Assembly (NCBI GenBank): GCA_976551045.1
Contig: CDPCPM010000247.1
Coordinates: 1,426,001-1,490,000, forward strand
Direction: 5' to 3'
Origin: Glaucostegus cemiculus
Lineage: Eukaryota
DNA length: 64,000 nt
Position 1 is the first letter of the stretch, and every line of letters starts with the position of its first letter. This document shows, piece after piece, positions 50,177 through 61,888 of the stretch. Made by a program: the position numbers and the translations under genes. The notes under the pieces were generated by a model. The model was not told the origin of the DNA and did not search any database. It saw nothing but the letters and a program-made list of their open reading frames with translations.

Positions 50177-51833
50177 AAGCAACACAAGCGTGTGGATTTA
50201 GCAGGATTGTAGCATCCCAGTGATTCAAACTGTCACTGACCACACTTGTATTGTGCATCCTATTTGTATGCTGAGACATTGCACCCACACGTTTCCCCTC
50301 TCCAGTTTGTCATTCTCTGTAAGAGAGAGGAAAGTTAATGCCTTACAATTAATTTGTTGTTCCTGTCATGGTTGATCAGCTGTGAATATTCATTGTGTTT
50401 GGATGTGTGACTTGGAGATTTGTTAATGCAGTGGGCCAAGTAAATGCTTGTGCCAAGCTCTGATTAATAAGGATTGTTGCTAAGTAAGTTGAGGGGTGAG
50501 ACACGAGTGGTCAGTTGATGGAAGATAGTGTATAAAAACATTAATTGATTTTGACTGCACATGTGAGGTCATTGAACTTCTTTTAGCATTGTATCAATGG
50601 GCTAGATTGTTGCCTTTTTGTGCATTTCTACAGAATTGCCCCCTTTATACCCCCTGCGTTCAATGCACCTTCAACTTGCACACCTGGATTGGAGACACAC
50701 TGGAGGTCAGAAGGTCTCACCTCCCACTCTGCTCCTGGACTCTCCTTAAGTTTCGTAGGGGCTGGGTGCATTCTGAGTCTGCCCCTCAACTTTACATCAG
50801 CCATGGGTGGGTGGTGCATAGACAATGACCCCCTTCATTTGAATGGGGTCACCAATCTTCATTAAAAAGGGGTTTTGATGTTTTTACCTTTATATTTTTC
50901 TGAGCATTTTTAATTAATTAACAATAATTTAACATTTATTATTTTGGCTTTTTAAAAATACATATAATTTTAAATAATTTCAACTGATTTTTTGATGTTC
51001 CTGAATATAAGAAACATAAAATAAGTGAATAGTGCCACTCACGACAGCAAGCTTTGGCTGCTGGGGCAGAGCTGAGTTTGGGGACTGCAGTTGTGCCACC
51101 TGAGGCTTTTTGTGGGATTGGTCCACCTCTCCTGGCAGTGACCTTGGCATTGGCCACTGCTGTTTTATTGTGTGCCAGGAGGATGTCCTGGTCCCCTTTG
51201 GGTAGAGGACATCCTTCTCCAATCCTATTGTCTCTATTAAGGACTCAATCACTTACCAGAAAATTGGGGTGTCTGTTCTTGACCATATTCAACTATGGCT
51301 CAGCATTAGACAGTTTGAACTGATGTTGGAGACTTATGAATTGTACCTGTGGTGATGCATTATGTTTATAAACAGTTTGGGTATGGATTGGATGCTGGGA
51401 TCATGATTATGCGCGGGGAACTTGGTACCTGGTCTAACGGATAATGTTAATCATGTGTCACAATCCTAGTCACCATTTTCCAATTTAACACTTGTGCTGT
51501 TGGAGGTTGCAGAAAGTTAATTTGATTTTTAATAGTTACCATGTAGATATTCTCAGTAATATTAATTTTACAAATTGAAACCTAATGTAGTTCTATATCA
51601 TTGACCAAGATGTTAATCTTGATGAACAAAAATGGAAATAATGGGTTAAAAAATCTATTTTGTAATAATTTTCATCTTGGTCATCCAGCACACTGCAGTA
51701 CTGAGACCTGTGTACCTATGCTGCATGCTGGTAATGTGTTTATCAGGACTAAAGAAGCAATCGTGTTTGGAGTCAGTGGTCTGCTTATCACTGGATACAG
51801 AGTTTCTCACCATTTTTTTTTCTCCTCTTGCAG

Positions 51834-52011
51834 TACCCTATCCAAGTGCTGCCATGCAGTGATGGCACTTCTATATCCTTTTGCCTGGCAGCACACCTAC
51901 ATCCCTGTTTTACCTCCATCCATGATTGACATAGCCTGCTCTCCCACTCCATTTTTGATAGGACTTCTCTCCAGCTCCCTGCCCAAGCTGAAGGATCTGC
52001 CACTCGAAGAG
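51834..52011 (+). CDS. DENND2A: DENND2A exon 14 (TLSKCCHAV...YPFAWQHTYIPVLP...LPLEE)
   Basis: cttgcAG|T ACC; donor GAG|GTAAGA. Confidence 0.96.
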
Positions 52012-52039
52012 GTAAGAAACAGTGTTTTATTCAGAGGTA

Positions 52040-52560
52040 CTCCATGAATGAAAACAGTGAATACTTGATGGATGGTGCTGTAATAATTGAGGATAAAGCT
52101 GAATGAGACCTAGAAGATTTAGGCAATCAATGCACAGCAATTAACAATGTAGCCAAGAGAGCAATCTAAATATATTGTGTTCTGGTCAGACCACGCCTTG
52201 AGTACTGAGTCTAGTTCATTGAAATGAGATATTTGCTCATCAGAGGCAGTGCTGTGGCATTTGTTTGGTTAAACTATCAAAGGGGTGAGCTAAGTGGAAA
52301 GATGGGAGAAATTTAGCCCCTTTAGCCTTGATTGTACAAGATAGGTACAGTAAGTCTGAAAGTTTAACTTGAAATAAATTGAGAAGGACAAGGAGTCATA
52401 GCTTCAAACTATAAGAAAAGAGAATTTAAGAGTGATATCAAGAAGTTTTTTTATTCGCCTTGGAATTTCTGTAATAGATATAAAAACTCTGGACTTATTT
52501 AGGGTCCAGTTGTATATTGGGTCTTTATATTTTGCCTAAATGAATGAGTAAAAAAAGGTT
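52040..52560 (+). mobile_element. Ancient CR1 3' fragment
   Basis: ctggtcagaccacgccttgagtactgagtc encodes LVRPRLEY*V. Confidence 0.65.
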
Positions 52561-52624
52561 AGGTGGCATCCCTGTTCTTTGTACTCCTTTTCTCCAGAGT
52601 GTTTAGGAACATTGAATGAAAGTC

Positions 52625-52838
52625 AAAAATACTGCAAAGACTGGAAATCTAAATTATAAACAGAAAAGGCTGGAAATACTCAGCAGGTCAGGCTGAATCT
52701 ATGGGAAGAGAAAAAGTTAATGTTTTGGGTCAAAGACTAAAGAACTGACAAAAGATCTTCAACCTGAAATCTGAATTCTATTTCTCTTCCCACAGATGTG
52801 GCCTGACCTGCTGAATATTTACAGCATTTTCTGTTTTT
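52625..52838. mobile_element. Palindromic head-to-head Penelope-derived repeat (copy 4)
   Basis: aaacagaaaaggctggaaatactcagcaggtcagg...cctgacctgctgaatatttacagcattttctgttt; centre CTGACAA AAGATCTTCAACCT GAAAT. Confidence 0.75.
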
Positions 52839-53218
52839 TGCTTAGGGACATTGTTTCATTAAAGAGCTAAAATGACATGAGGACCTTGTATTGTGAGATT
52901 AGCATACTATCCTATCACATTACGAACCTAGGTTTGACTTCAGTCCAGCTACCAATAGCACCCTCCTACAGTTGAAGAATGTGTCCTCTCCAAACTCGTC
53001 TCTGAGATGCACCTTCAATTCACTTCATCCTGTTCATGCCATTAACCAACCAACTTCCCAGGGATGTTGGTCTCAAGATTTCTGAATGGGAAAATCTTGA
53101 ATTAACCTTTCATTATCTACAAAGTACAATGTGTTTTTCTTTGTCACTTTTGTTGACTGGTTGTTGTGTTTGAGATCTAAGATGTGGAATGAAACTGTCT
53201 TTTTTATTTCTATTTAAG

Positions 53219-53260
53219 GTGCTTGTAGTTAATCTTGGGGCAAACAAGTTTCTCAGGCAG
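53219..53260 (+). CDS. DENND2A: DENND2A exon 15 (VLVVNLGANKFLRQ)
   Basis: tatttaAG|GTG (uncommon AAG acceptor); donor CAG|GTGAGT; 42 nt. Confidence 0.93.
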
Positions 53261-53619
53261 GTGAGTGACACTTCTGTTTTGCAAACTGTGATAGGATGAA
53301 ACTTTTACTGACTCTGAGATTGCAACTGTGCATGTAGCAAATTCCATGTGATGTGTTGGGGGATAAAAACTATCCCACATTGAAGGATGAATGAGAAACT
53401 CGAAGGAGAGGGACAAAACTTTCCACCATGGCTTTTCATACAATACTGTAAGAAAAGGTGCATCTAAAGTTGGTAGAAATAAAGAATGGGAGATATATAA
53501 ACCTGGCCTCTGATTTATGACAAAATCAACCCCATAGAATGGTGGCACGATTAGTGAATGACTCTTGCCTCACTGTCTCAGTCCAGGCACAGGCACAAGA
53601 AATCTTGTTCTTGTAAAGG

Positions 53620-53940
53620 ACCTTATTTAGCTTCAGAGTCCCAAAGCATTTTGCAAGTGATGTGTGATAAAGCACATCTTAAGTATAATCATTTCTATTT
53701 AAATGGCATTTGCTGCAGCTGCTTAAATGTTCATGTAACAAGTTCCACAAAACATACCTACAGGAATGACCAGCTAATCTAGATTTTGTTGCGGGATAAA
53801 TATTGCTGAAGACTTTGAGAGAACTCTCAGCACTTATTTAAAAAGTGACATAGGATTTTTAAGTGTTCATATTAGTTTAGGCTTAGCACCCAACTGGAAT
53901 GACTGCACTTCTAAAATGCAGTGTCTAGATCAGCTATTGA
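53620..53940 (-). mobile_element. Deu-domain-type SINE remnant
   Basis: gtcccaaagcattttgcaag...gggataaatattg...gagaactc...gactgcacttc; homologous to the 38575 copy. Confidence 0.5.
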
Positions 53941-54046
53941 CAACACAAAGCTCATGAAAGGTAGCTGAGGCAGGTTGCCAAAGAATCTTAATGGTAAGTA
54001 TTTGCTCACGTGAACATTTACTATTTGTTTCCTTTACTTTTATTAG

Positions 54047-54155
54047 GTGGATGATGAGGATTCCATTTTACCACGTAAACTGCAGGTGGCACTGGAGCAT
54101 GTTCTGGAGATGCGTAATGAGTTGGTCAGTCAAGAGGAGGACACTCTATTAGATG
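54047..54155 (+). CDS. DENND2A: DENND2A exon 16 (VDDEDSILPRKLQVALEH...TLLD)
   Basis: tattAG|GTG; donor G|GTAAGA. Confidence 0.95.
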
Positions 54156-54419
54156 GTAAGAGAACCCAGAAACCTCTTTTAGTGCATTTACAGAAGTCAC
54201 AGGGGTGGGTGATAAGGAACAGTAATACCATAACAAAGTAAAGGTACAGTTTATGGCACAGGCAATAGGATACTCCAGTCTATCAAAATAGATGACAGTA
54301 AAGTTGAGTTCCAAAATAACCTGTCCTACGATTCTGTTCAGCTAGGTTGAAAGCAAGCTCACAAGTTCTGAACATGATCCACCATTGTTGTCCATGTGCA
54401 ACGGGACAATAAATACTTG

Positions 54420-54690
54420 GGTCGTTGGATGTGATAACAACCAGATGATTTGCATTAGTGCTTCATTTTCACACAACATTTTGAGAACAGTTCTCATAAT
54501 CCTCAAAATAATGCCATGGGAATTTGTTCTCCTGTCGTAGACAAACAAACAGGGCCTAGGTTTAACAACTCATTATTAAGATGGCACCTTCGATCATTTA
54601 ATACTCCCTCAGTATTGTGTTGAAATTTTAGCTTAGATTTTGTGTTCAAATTTCTGGAGTGGGGCTTGAATCTACACCCTACCTGCAACT
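54420..54690 (-). mobile_element. Deu-domain-type SINE remnant
   Basis: gggcctaggtttaacaactcattattaagatggcacctt...tactccctcagtattgtgttgaa...ctggagtggggcttgaa. Confidence 0.6.
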
Positions 54691-56006
54691 GTACTGAGTC
54701 ACCACTCTGGTACCGGCCTGTTTGTAATCGGAGACTGTCCAAAGCTATGCTGCAAGTTCCTGCAGATTGTAGTGTATCATAAATGGTAAAAAAAAAGTTT
54801 ATTAATAATAATGGATAATCTGTAGATAAGGCAAAACAGAAAATGAAAGAAAATACAGAGAATGAAACAACAACAAAAATAGGGCTCTGGTCCACTGTAC
54901 TGCTGCTGATGTTGGAGATAACAGACAGCCCCACAGTACTGCTCCTTCTCAGTTGAACTGAAAGTGTTGATTTTGTTTTAATAACTGAATCATCTTCTAT
55001 CATACTTTGGGGCAATGCATTCCACATCATAACAATCCTAGTGCAAAAATATTTCTTTTAACATCCTCTTTTTTTGATAGTTGCTTAAATTGTACTCCCC
55101 CGACTTTTGACTAAGTTGGGCTCATGTTCCTTAAATAAAATCCCTTCCCTTTTCCGCAAAGGATTTGGGGAAAAATAAGCAACATATCCCTTCAGATGTA
55201 ACTTCCATTTGAAAAATGAACTGGAACCAAGGAAATGAAATCAAACCTGCAGTCGGTAATTGAGAACAAATGCAGTATCCATCTATCCTGATTTTATACG
55301 TTTATTACATTCTCTCCATTCGGTGATGCTTTCTAAATATCCTCCAGCCTCATTACCAATTCTCTCTAGTTACAATGTGAAACCTTAAGATTTCTGCCTG
55401 TGTGGTTTGGGTATTGGTACTTTAAAAATAACACATTAGTTTCACAGATGCTTGAAGATGCCATGCTCTATTACTAAATTATTACCCCATATCTCTCAAT
55501 CCAATTCACATTGCCAATAGTTCAAATGCCCTTGGATATCATTTTCTTTAAAAAATTTAGTGCGAGATTATCCTTAGGTTTTGCAGAGTTGAGCTGGGTA
55601 AACATGACTCTCATTTATTACATTTGCCATAGATGACAAATGTAATTTTTTTTTGTCTTTAACTACCTGTTTAAGTGCACATTCTGCTCATTTGTTTGCT
55701 CTTTGCTTCATAATTTAAAACTTCAGTTGTTGTCTTTACTCCTCCTTGTCATTGAAACTGCACTAACATTCCTCCAAATTGCTCCATCCTAACATGAGAA
55801 AGGAAACATACATAACTGGTTTAGTATGTCTGAATTCGACTCTTTCCAGATGCTCTTGAGCAACTAGTATAGGACAAAATGGGATGCAAATGAACACAGA
55901 AAAACAGAAATAGTAATATTTAAGCACAGGAGACATTATCCTCATGGGTACATCCAAGTTCCTCTGATGAAATAGATGCTGAGTTTTTTCCAACTTCCTT
56001 TTCTAG

Positions 56007-56246
56007 GTCTTGGCTCACTTAATACTGTGGTATCTGAGACTTTTGTCCGCTTCTTTGTGGAGATAGTAGGTCACTACTCCTTGTACATGACGTCAAATGA
56101 GAAGGATGAAAGAATTTTCCTGTGGGAGGCATTTCGCAAATCCATCTCATCAAAAAGTGTCCGTCGATTTCTGGAGGTTTTCATGGAGACGCAGATGTTT
56201 GGAGGATTTATTCAAGATCGAGAGCTGAGGAAGCTTGGGGTGAAAG
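56007..56246 (+). CDS. DENND2A: DENND2A exon 17 (dDENN: LNTVVSETFVRFFVEIVGHY...METQMFGGFIQDRE)
   Basis: ttctAG|GT CTT; donor G|GTGAAG. Confidence 0.96.
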
Positions 56247-57438
56247 GTGAAGATTTAGGTCATGGTACTGCCTCCTCCTTCCTCCTTTCTCCAGCCACTC
56301 ATTTATCTCATTCACATCTTTTGGCAGCTGGTTTCCCTTCATAGAAAAATGAATAACGTGATCAAACCAATACAAATTATTGCCCTATGAAACATTTAAC
56401 AAAATGTAATCAAATGTAATGTAAAATTTATTCAGTCACAACTAAAACAATTTTCTCTGCTACACTGACCAGTACATTTAGTATAAAAAGGTAATTATAA
56501 AATGTTGCTTAAAAGGCTTTACTTTCATGATGTACCTTTCATCTGGCATGTCCCAAAGTGCCTCTGCTGTAGCACAGTCCACCTTTCCTGCTTGGATGCA
56601 CAGCTGTTTGTTTTTAACCATTTGACAGGAGAGGGAAAGCGAGAGTGCTGGCTTGGTGCAGGGACAAACAAATATTCACTTCGTTGGATTGCTTCTTTTA
56701 ACTAAACTGCAAAGGAAATTGTCCACAGCAGTGGGCCTCCATCAGATTTGTCTTGGCTAAAGCTAGATCCAGTCCCAGCCACACCCATGCTCTTGCTTTA
56801 GAGAAGATAGCAGAAGGTTGGGTGGATGAATGGCCAGTGTAAACATATAAAAGTATCCTAATAGGCCAGGCCCGTCAAAGTTTGAAACCACCAATACCAA
56901 GGATCTTTTTTGGGAATCTTCTGTCACCCCCTTACCAAAGATCCTTGGTGGAAAAGGGGTAATAGAATCTTCTTTTGGAGAGGGGAACAGGCATCTCTTG
57001 CATCAAGGGCTGGTATGATTCAGCCGATCATCCTGTACTTGTGGGAAGCCGAAGGCATTAAATACAGCTACCCATCATGCCAAATTAGTGAACTGCATAG
57101 CCCTATTGAATTTCGACAGAATAAGGACCAAAGTTTCTCAATAATTGAATAAAATCAATTCTGTTGAACATTTACTACTATGATTTGTATAGAGTTGGTC
57201 TCACTGCAGCCTGACTTGGATGGGAATGGACTAGTTGGGCAGCAGGGCACTTCTATGCCATATGACTCTGTTACTTCACTTGTTAAATGTTACACACCTG
57301 AGGATGTGCCCTAGCATGTGTGCCTGCATATTTTATGCAATTCTACCAAGCCTGTCGGCAGTACCTGGAACTGATATTACATTCTATGTTCTGACTCATT
57401 TGTATCTTTCCCACAATGAATGTTTTTGTCTTCTATAG

Positions 57439-57525
57439 GTTTATTTGAGGTTAGAGCACAGGACTACCTTGAAACTCTCCCAGGGAGTGAACAAAGAGGG
57501 ATGAACCGATTTCTTAGAGGTCTAG
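57439..57525 (+). CDS. DENND2A: DENND2A exon 18 (GLFEVRAQDYLETLP...RFLRGL)
   Basis: ctatAG|GT TTA; donor G|GTAATA. Confidence 0.96.
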
Positions 57526-57740
57526 GTAATATATTTTTCTTAAACACTGGTGAAGCTCTACGAGGTAAACAAAAAGAATTAAAGAAATGAATCTTTGTAG
57601 TTTATCTCCAGGCCATTGTCCTGTATAACTGTACCATTTTTTGTGCAGCTAGACTATTTTTCTGTGGTGTTTGATGTTCTTCCACAGGTACTCCAGCTGT
57701 TAATATTGTGAAAGTTGATCAATTATTTTTCTATTTCTAG

Positions 57741-57772
57741 GTAGCAAAATGAAATTCCTTCACAAGAAGTAA
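57741..57772 (+). CDS. DENND2A: DENND2A exon 19 coding part (GSKMKFLHKK*)
   Basis: ttctAG|GT AGC AAA ATG...AAG TAA. Confidence 0.96.
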
Positions 57773-59344
57773 ACCACGTTTGGGAAGCATCTCAATGACA
57801 AAGGCGGCTAGAACCAGCAGCCACTGTATTTCTCTATTCAGAGGTTCTTCGATCTGAAATTGGCAATACATCAATATACAGAGACACAAGGAGGCTATTA
57901 TATCAAAGTTGCGCTCGCTCTAAATGTGAAAGCCTTGATGTGGAATGAAATCAGTTCCAGTGACTCTTTATCATTTAAAATCTGCGTCCTCTCAGCCTGG
58001 ATTTCTGCTCTCATTTGATATGTGCAACATCCCACAGGTAAAGTTAAGTTTCCTGGATGAGGCAGAGAAACAAGGGAGAAGAAAACATCATTGGAGAGGG
58101 CCTTTTTCAGAGATGGAAGTGCCAAAAGGGAAATAAGAGATAAAAAAGGACGTGTAAATATGTGAATTTTTTTAAAACTATTTTTTGGATTCTTTACTTG
58201 GGTTTATCCCTGATCTGCTATCACAGCACAATTGATCTATCAGTCGGATGCAATCGTGCACCACTGATGTCATTTATCTGTTGATCAGTGTGGAAAGGTT
58301 ATGGCCAGGCTACTCACTGCTCGATGACAGACCAATGCTCTAAAGGAGTGAGGTATAAAATGTGTAACGAAGCAGCGCAGAGCTCCCATTATATTATTGT
58401 CACAATGTAAAAGACTGAAAAGCAAAGCACACAACTGTCAATGTGCTGTATACATTAAGGGTTATTGGAGATGACATTTTCTATCTGCCCAGGTTTAAAT
58501 GAATTGGAAATCTGAAAATGTAACTGGTTGCCATCTCACCAGTTTAAGTGTGACCCAGTAACAGTTCATTGCACAAGGTTTATTACTGTGTAGTGGCTGC
58601 CATGTTTGAGCAAACTGCCTTGACACTGTAATAAACTGCAACTAACAGGTAAGTTTGAAATTATTGGTCAATGCCATTAGAAAGTAATTCCCTCATGCAG
58701 GAAATATGCCATAGATTTTGTGACTATAGCTTTGTTTTGTACATTGCATTGTACAGAAAAATCACGTTTACAGCTACACAGAGCTGGCTTACACCAGCCT
58801 TAAAACAGAACATTGCCACTTCAGTCACAGGCTGCAAACCTGATTAAATCACCTGTGGAGCAATATTGTAGCATATGATTCTGCTAGAAAACATTAAGAT
58901 TTTGAAAAATCAGGTATGCTTACCAATGCTTATATGTTGCTGTGCTGACCTTTCAACCCCACACAGGTTGCCAGATGGAACATATAATAAGAGACGGTTC
59001 TATACAAAAAATTATCACAATGTTTACAAGATCCTGAGATAACTCATTGTAAAGGAACTGTAAGAATTGAAACAGATATAGTTAAAAGGGCACTGATGTT
59101 CAATCACTGTATGTAGTTCTTGGGCAAAGATGCAAGAATAGTTAGCATTGACACATAGTATTTTCAACATGATCACAATGGGTTTTTAGCTTGCAAACTC
59201 CTGGTGAAGTTAAATTCTAGAGAAATGCTAAATTGTTTGGAAATGCCCCTGCTGCTTGAAAGCATTGTGGTACTAATTACATACACATTCAGTTTTCAAT
59301 AAGCATGTATTCTCAAAGCATTGGCCTTAGTCCTGATCCCTGAA

Positions 59345-59376
59345 TGAAATATGATTGAAATATGATTGAAATATGA
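59345..59376. repeat. 11-bp tandem repeat (TGAAATATGAT) x2.9 in the 3' UTR
   Basis: tgaaatatgat tgaaatatgat tgaaatatga. Confidence 0.85.
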
Positions 59377-60272
59377 ACATCAGCTTTGGATAGGGAAGGT
59401 CATCCTTATTCTATTGCCCAGTCCTGGGAGGAAAGCATTTTAATAGAACTTAATGCCTTCTCTGCAGATTCACCTGGGATTCAAAAACAACTGTATGGAG
59501 AACTTCAAAGACAAACTCAGCTATGGTTGCTTTGGTGCTAGATGTTAGAGGATCAGTATATTCCACAACTATCGAAGCACATCTTAGTGATCATAAATTC
59601 AGTGCTGAGTTGCATTCACTGCATGACTACATCAGGCTCAAGGGTTCACCTGCTTTCCTTAAAATATAGGCTTGTGAAAAAGTAATACTATTCTTTAGGT
59701 AGTAGAGGCAAGTTTTAAGACCTTTGGACTAGTTAACAAGAAGCCTTAATTTATAATGTACTGATAAACCATAGTCTTGAAAATACTACCTAGTCCCCTT
59801 GCTTTGGATAATTACCATTTTGCTGAATGCGTCCACAGCAACAGTTACTTGGAGCATTTGAAATAAGGACGGTGACAATAGTGGGAGGCTGGAGGGAGAG
59901 TTACCAGAAAAAAGGGCCCTAAGGATTCCTGGATGCTGAGAATCAAATTGTAGGAGACAACCCAAGCATAAACAAGTAAATGTATATATAAAACAAAATT
60001 GTGAGTATACACAAGCCCACAAATATATTGGTTAGAGTGAGGAGGATTATGGTTTGTCTAATAATTGGAAAAGGGATTTTAGGAGCATATTCAAAACAAA
60101 ATGGCTCCTGACCAGTGTTCACAGACACGCTCCCTTGTTCTTATAGTGTAATGCTACAAATCCTGGGATCTGTTCACATAACTTAAAGAAAATTCTATTT
60201 ATTTCAGTGACCTAATTAATCAAGATCTGTTGTTTGTATTTTGTTGGATTAAATTTTTGGGTATGAACACTC

Positions 60273-60278
60273 AATAAA
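60273..60278 (+). terminator. Polyadenylation signal AATAAA
   Basis: Follows a T-rich stretch (tgttgtttgtattttgttgg) typical of distal UTR ends. Confidence 0.6.
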
Positions 60279-61765
60279 GACTTTTTAAAAAAAAGTGTTA
60301 AATTGAAAAATTATATTCAATGCATAAGGAAAACTTACATTGTGGAAAAAAGGCTGTATCAATCTCGGGGTTTTTAAAATACTTTGAATATGTACAGTGC
60401 TTTAACACGTGACTATTGTTTAGCAAGTCACAAGCCCCAAAAACTATAGTGGGATAGCCAGCTGCACAGGAAGGAATAAATGTTGTCCAGGACTTGTTTG
60501 CTACAGAAAATTGCTCATCTCAACTTATACACTTGAACTCTACTAATTTTGGCATGGAATTCTGGGACAATTAGCAGCACTTCAGTTAGCTTGTTTTTGA
60601 ATGATGAATCGTCTAGGGAAAAATTAATGGCCTTTTATTCTACTTAGATAAGAATTCATCCTTTCCAATGGGATGGAAAGGAATGTCCCACATACTGCTT
60701 GGTAGAATATTGTCATGTGCTGTCTGCTTTCACCTGTCCACACTCTCCCAAAAGGACTTTGCTGCTCTGTAGAACTCTGACCTATCCCAGCAAAGGAAGT
60801 ATGTTTTGAGCTCCCATTACGGGCTTCTCATTTATTCCTTGTGCAATGCACACTGTTGGCCCACTACACCAGCTACATTGTGCTATACAGGAAATACCAA
60901 AAATATTCCCTGGAGAAGCACCAAGTAGGAAAAGAAAAGTGAGAAATAAACTCAAGCTTCTTCACTATTTTTCTGTTTATGTGATCACTCCTAACCTTGT
61001 GTCTGGAATGTCACATTTCAAACAACTGACAATGAAGAGATAATTTTACATAATATTTCTCAACAATGCTTTTGCCATTTTTCCTGAAAAAAATACCAGG
61101 AAGGGCAAGTGGGAGTTAAAGCTCTTCACTTTTGTAATTCTGTTTCAGTCACAGAGGTCCTGCAACACATTGCTGAGTTTTGAATTTACCTTCAGAAAGA
61201 AAGTAGCTGTAATCTCATACATGCTTTACACAGGGCGAGTCGAGGCAAAACTAGAAAGGCATCACTTCTCTTTGCTTTCATCAGCTCCTACTGAAAAAGT
61301 TCCTGTACAATCATGCATGTTATGGGAAAAGATTCTTACCTGAAAATATCAACCAGGTCTGACTCAATAATACTTTTATTTCAAGATTATACTTGAAATT
61401 TTGAATAAAGGCAGGAATTACTGTGTGAAATAGAGAATGTGCTACAACTGACTTCTTGGGTCATTAATTGCAACTGGCTAATGCTTTTCTAGTGACTGCT
61501 GATTTTCAACGTGAAGGCTTCATATTAAGGACTCCTTAACTAATACTGCATGAGAGACTACTTCAAATACATTAAAAAAAAGGTTATTTTCCAACCTCAA
61601 CAGTATAGGTGTGGAAGAGGCTGCAGATTAAATTTCATCAACTGAAATCTCATCACTGTACCTGGTAATATTGCAGACTTGAATATTGTGGATTAAATAA
61701 TTCCCAACAGCTACCACTTTAGATAAAAACAAGTTGGATGTTGCCTCTCTGCACAATGGTCCACT

Positions 61766-61888
61766 TTCCCGATTAAAGGTCATTGACCTGTAACATCAAC
61801 TCTTTTCCTCTCAACAGGTCAAGCAAAAACTGCGCAGTGTTTCCAATATTTTGTAATACTTCAGAATTCCAATATCAGCAGTTTCTTG
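61766..61888 (+). mobile_element. Penelope-derived short repeat (copy 6)
   Basis: CCGATTA AAGGTCATTGACCT GTAACATCaact; helix II AGGTC/GACCT is intact. Confidence 0.55.

Larger units (their letters stand above)
17472..60300 (+). other. DENND2A: DENND2A gene body (first coding exon to probable 3' end; true TSS lies further upstream and was not located)
   Basis: 19 exons join in frame to 1140 aa. Peptides IKEKISEWEGKKE, VDWYAQSKL, SERRSFKLLD, VTDENSETDSETEEKLKAHSQRLV and the C-terminal KMKFLHKK match recalled human DENND2A better than DENND2B or DENND2C. Confidence 0.93.
57773..60300 (+). other. DENND2A: DENND2A 3' UTR (probable)
   Basis: Repeat-poor sequence after the stop, ending in a U-rich tract and AATAAA at 60273; other AATAAA at 58630 and 60475. 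Confidence 0.6.

Noticed and set aside
17482-57772. Assignment as DENND2C or DENND2B/ST5
   Set aside because: Some residues are shared with the paralogs, but exons 3-8 and the C-terminus carry DENND2A-type peptides; a phylogeny would be the formal test.
57835-57865. Hammerhead-repeat-like word gaggttcttcgatctgaaat in the 3' UTR
   Set aside because: No CUGANGA core and none of the family body sequence.
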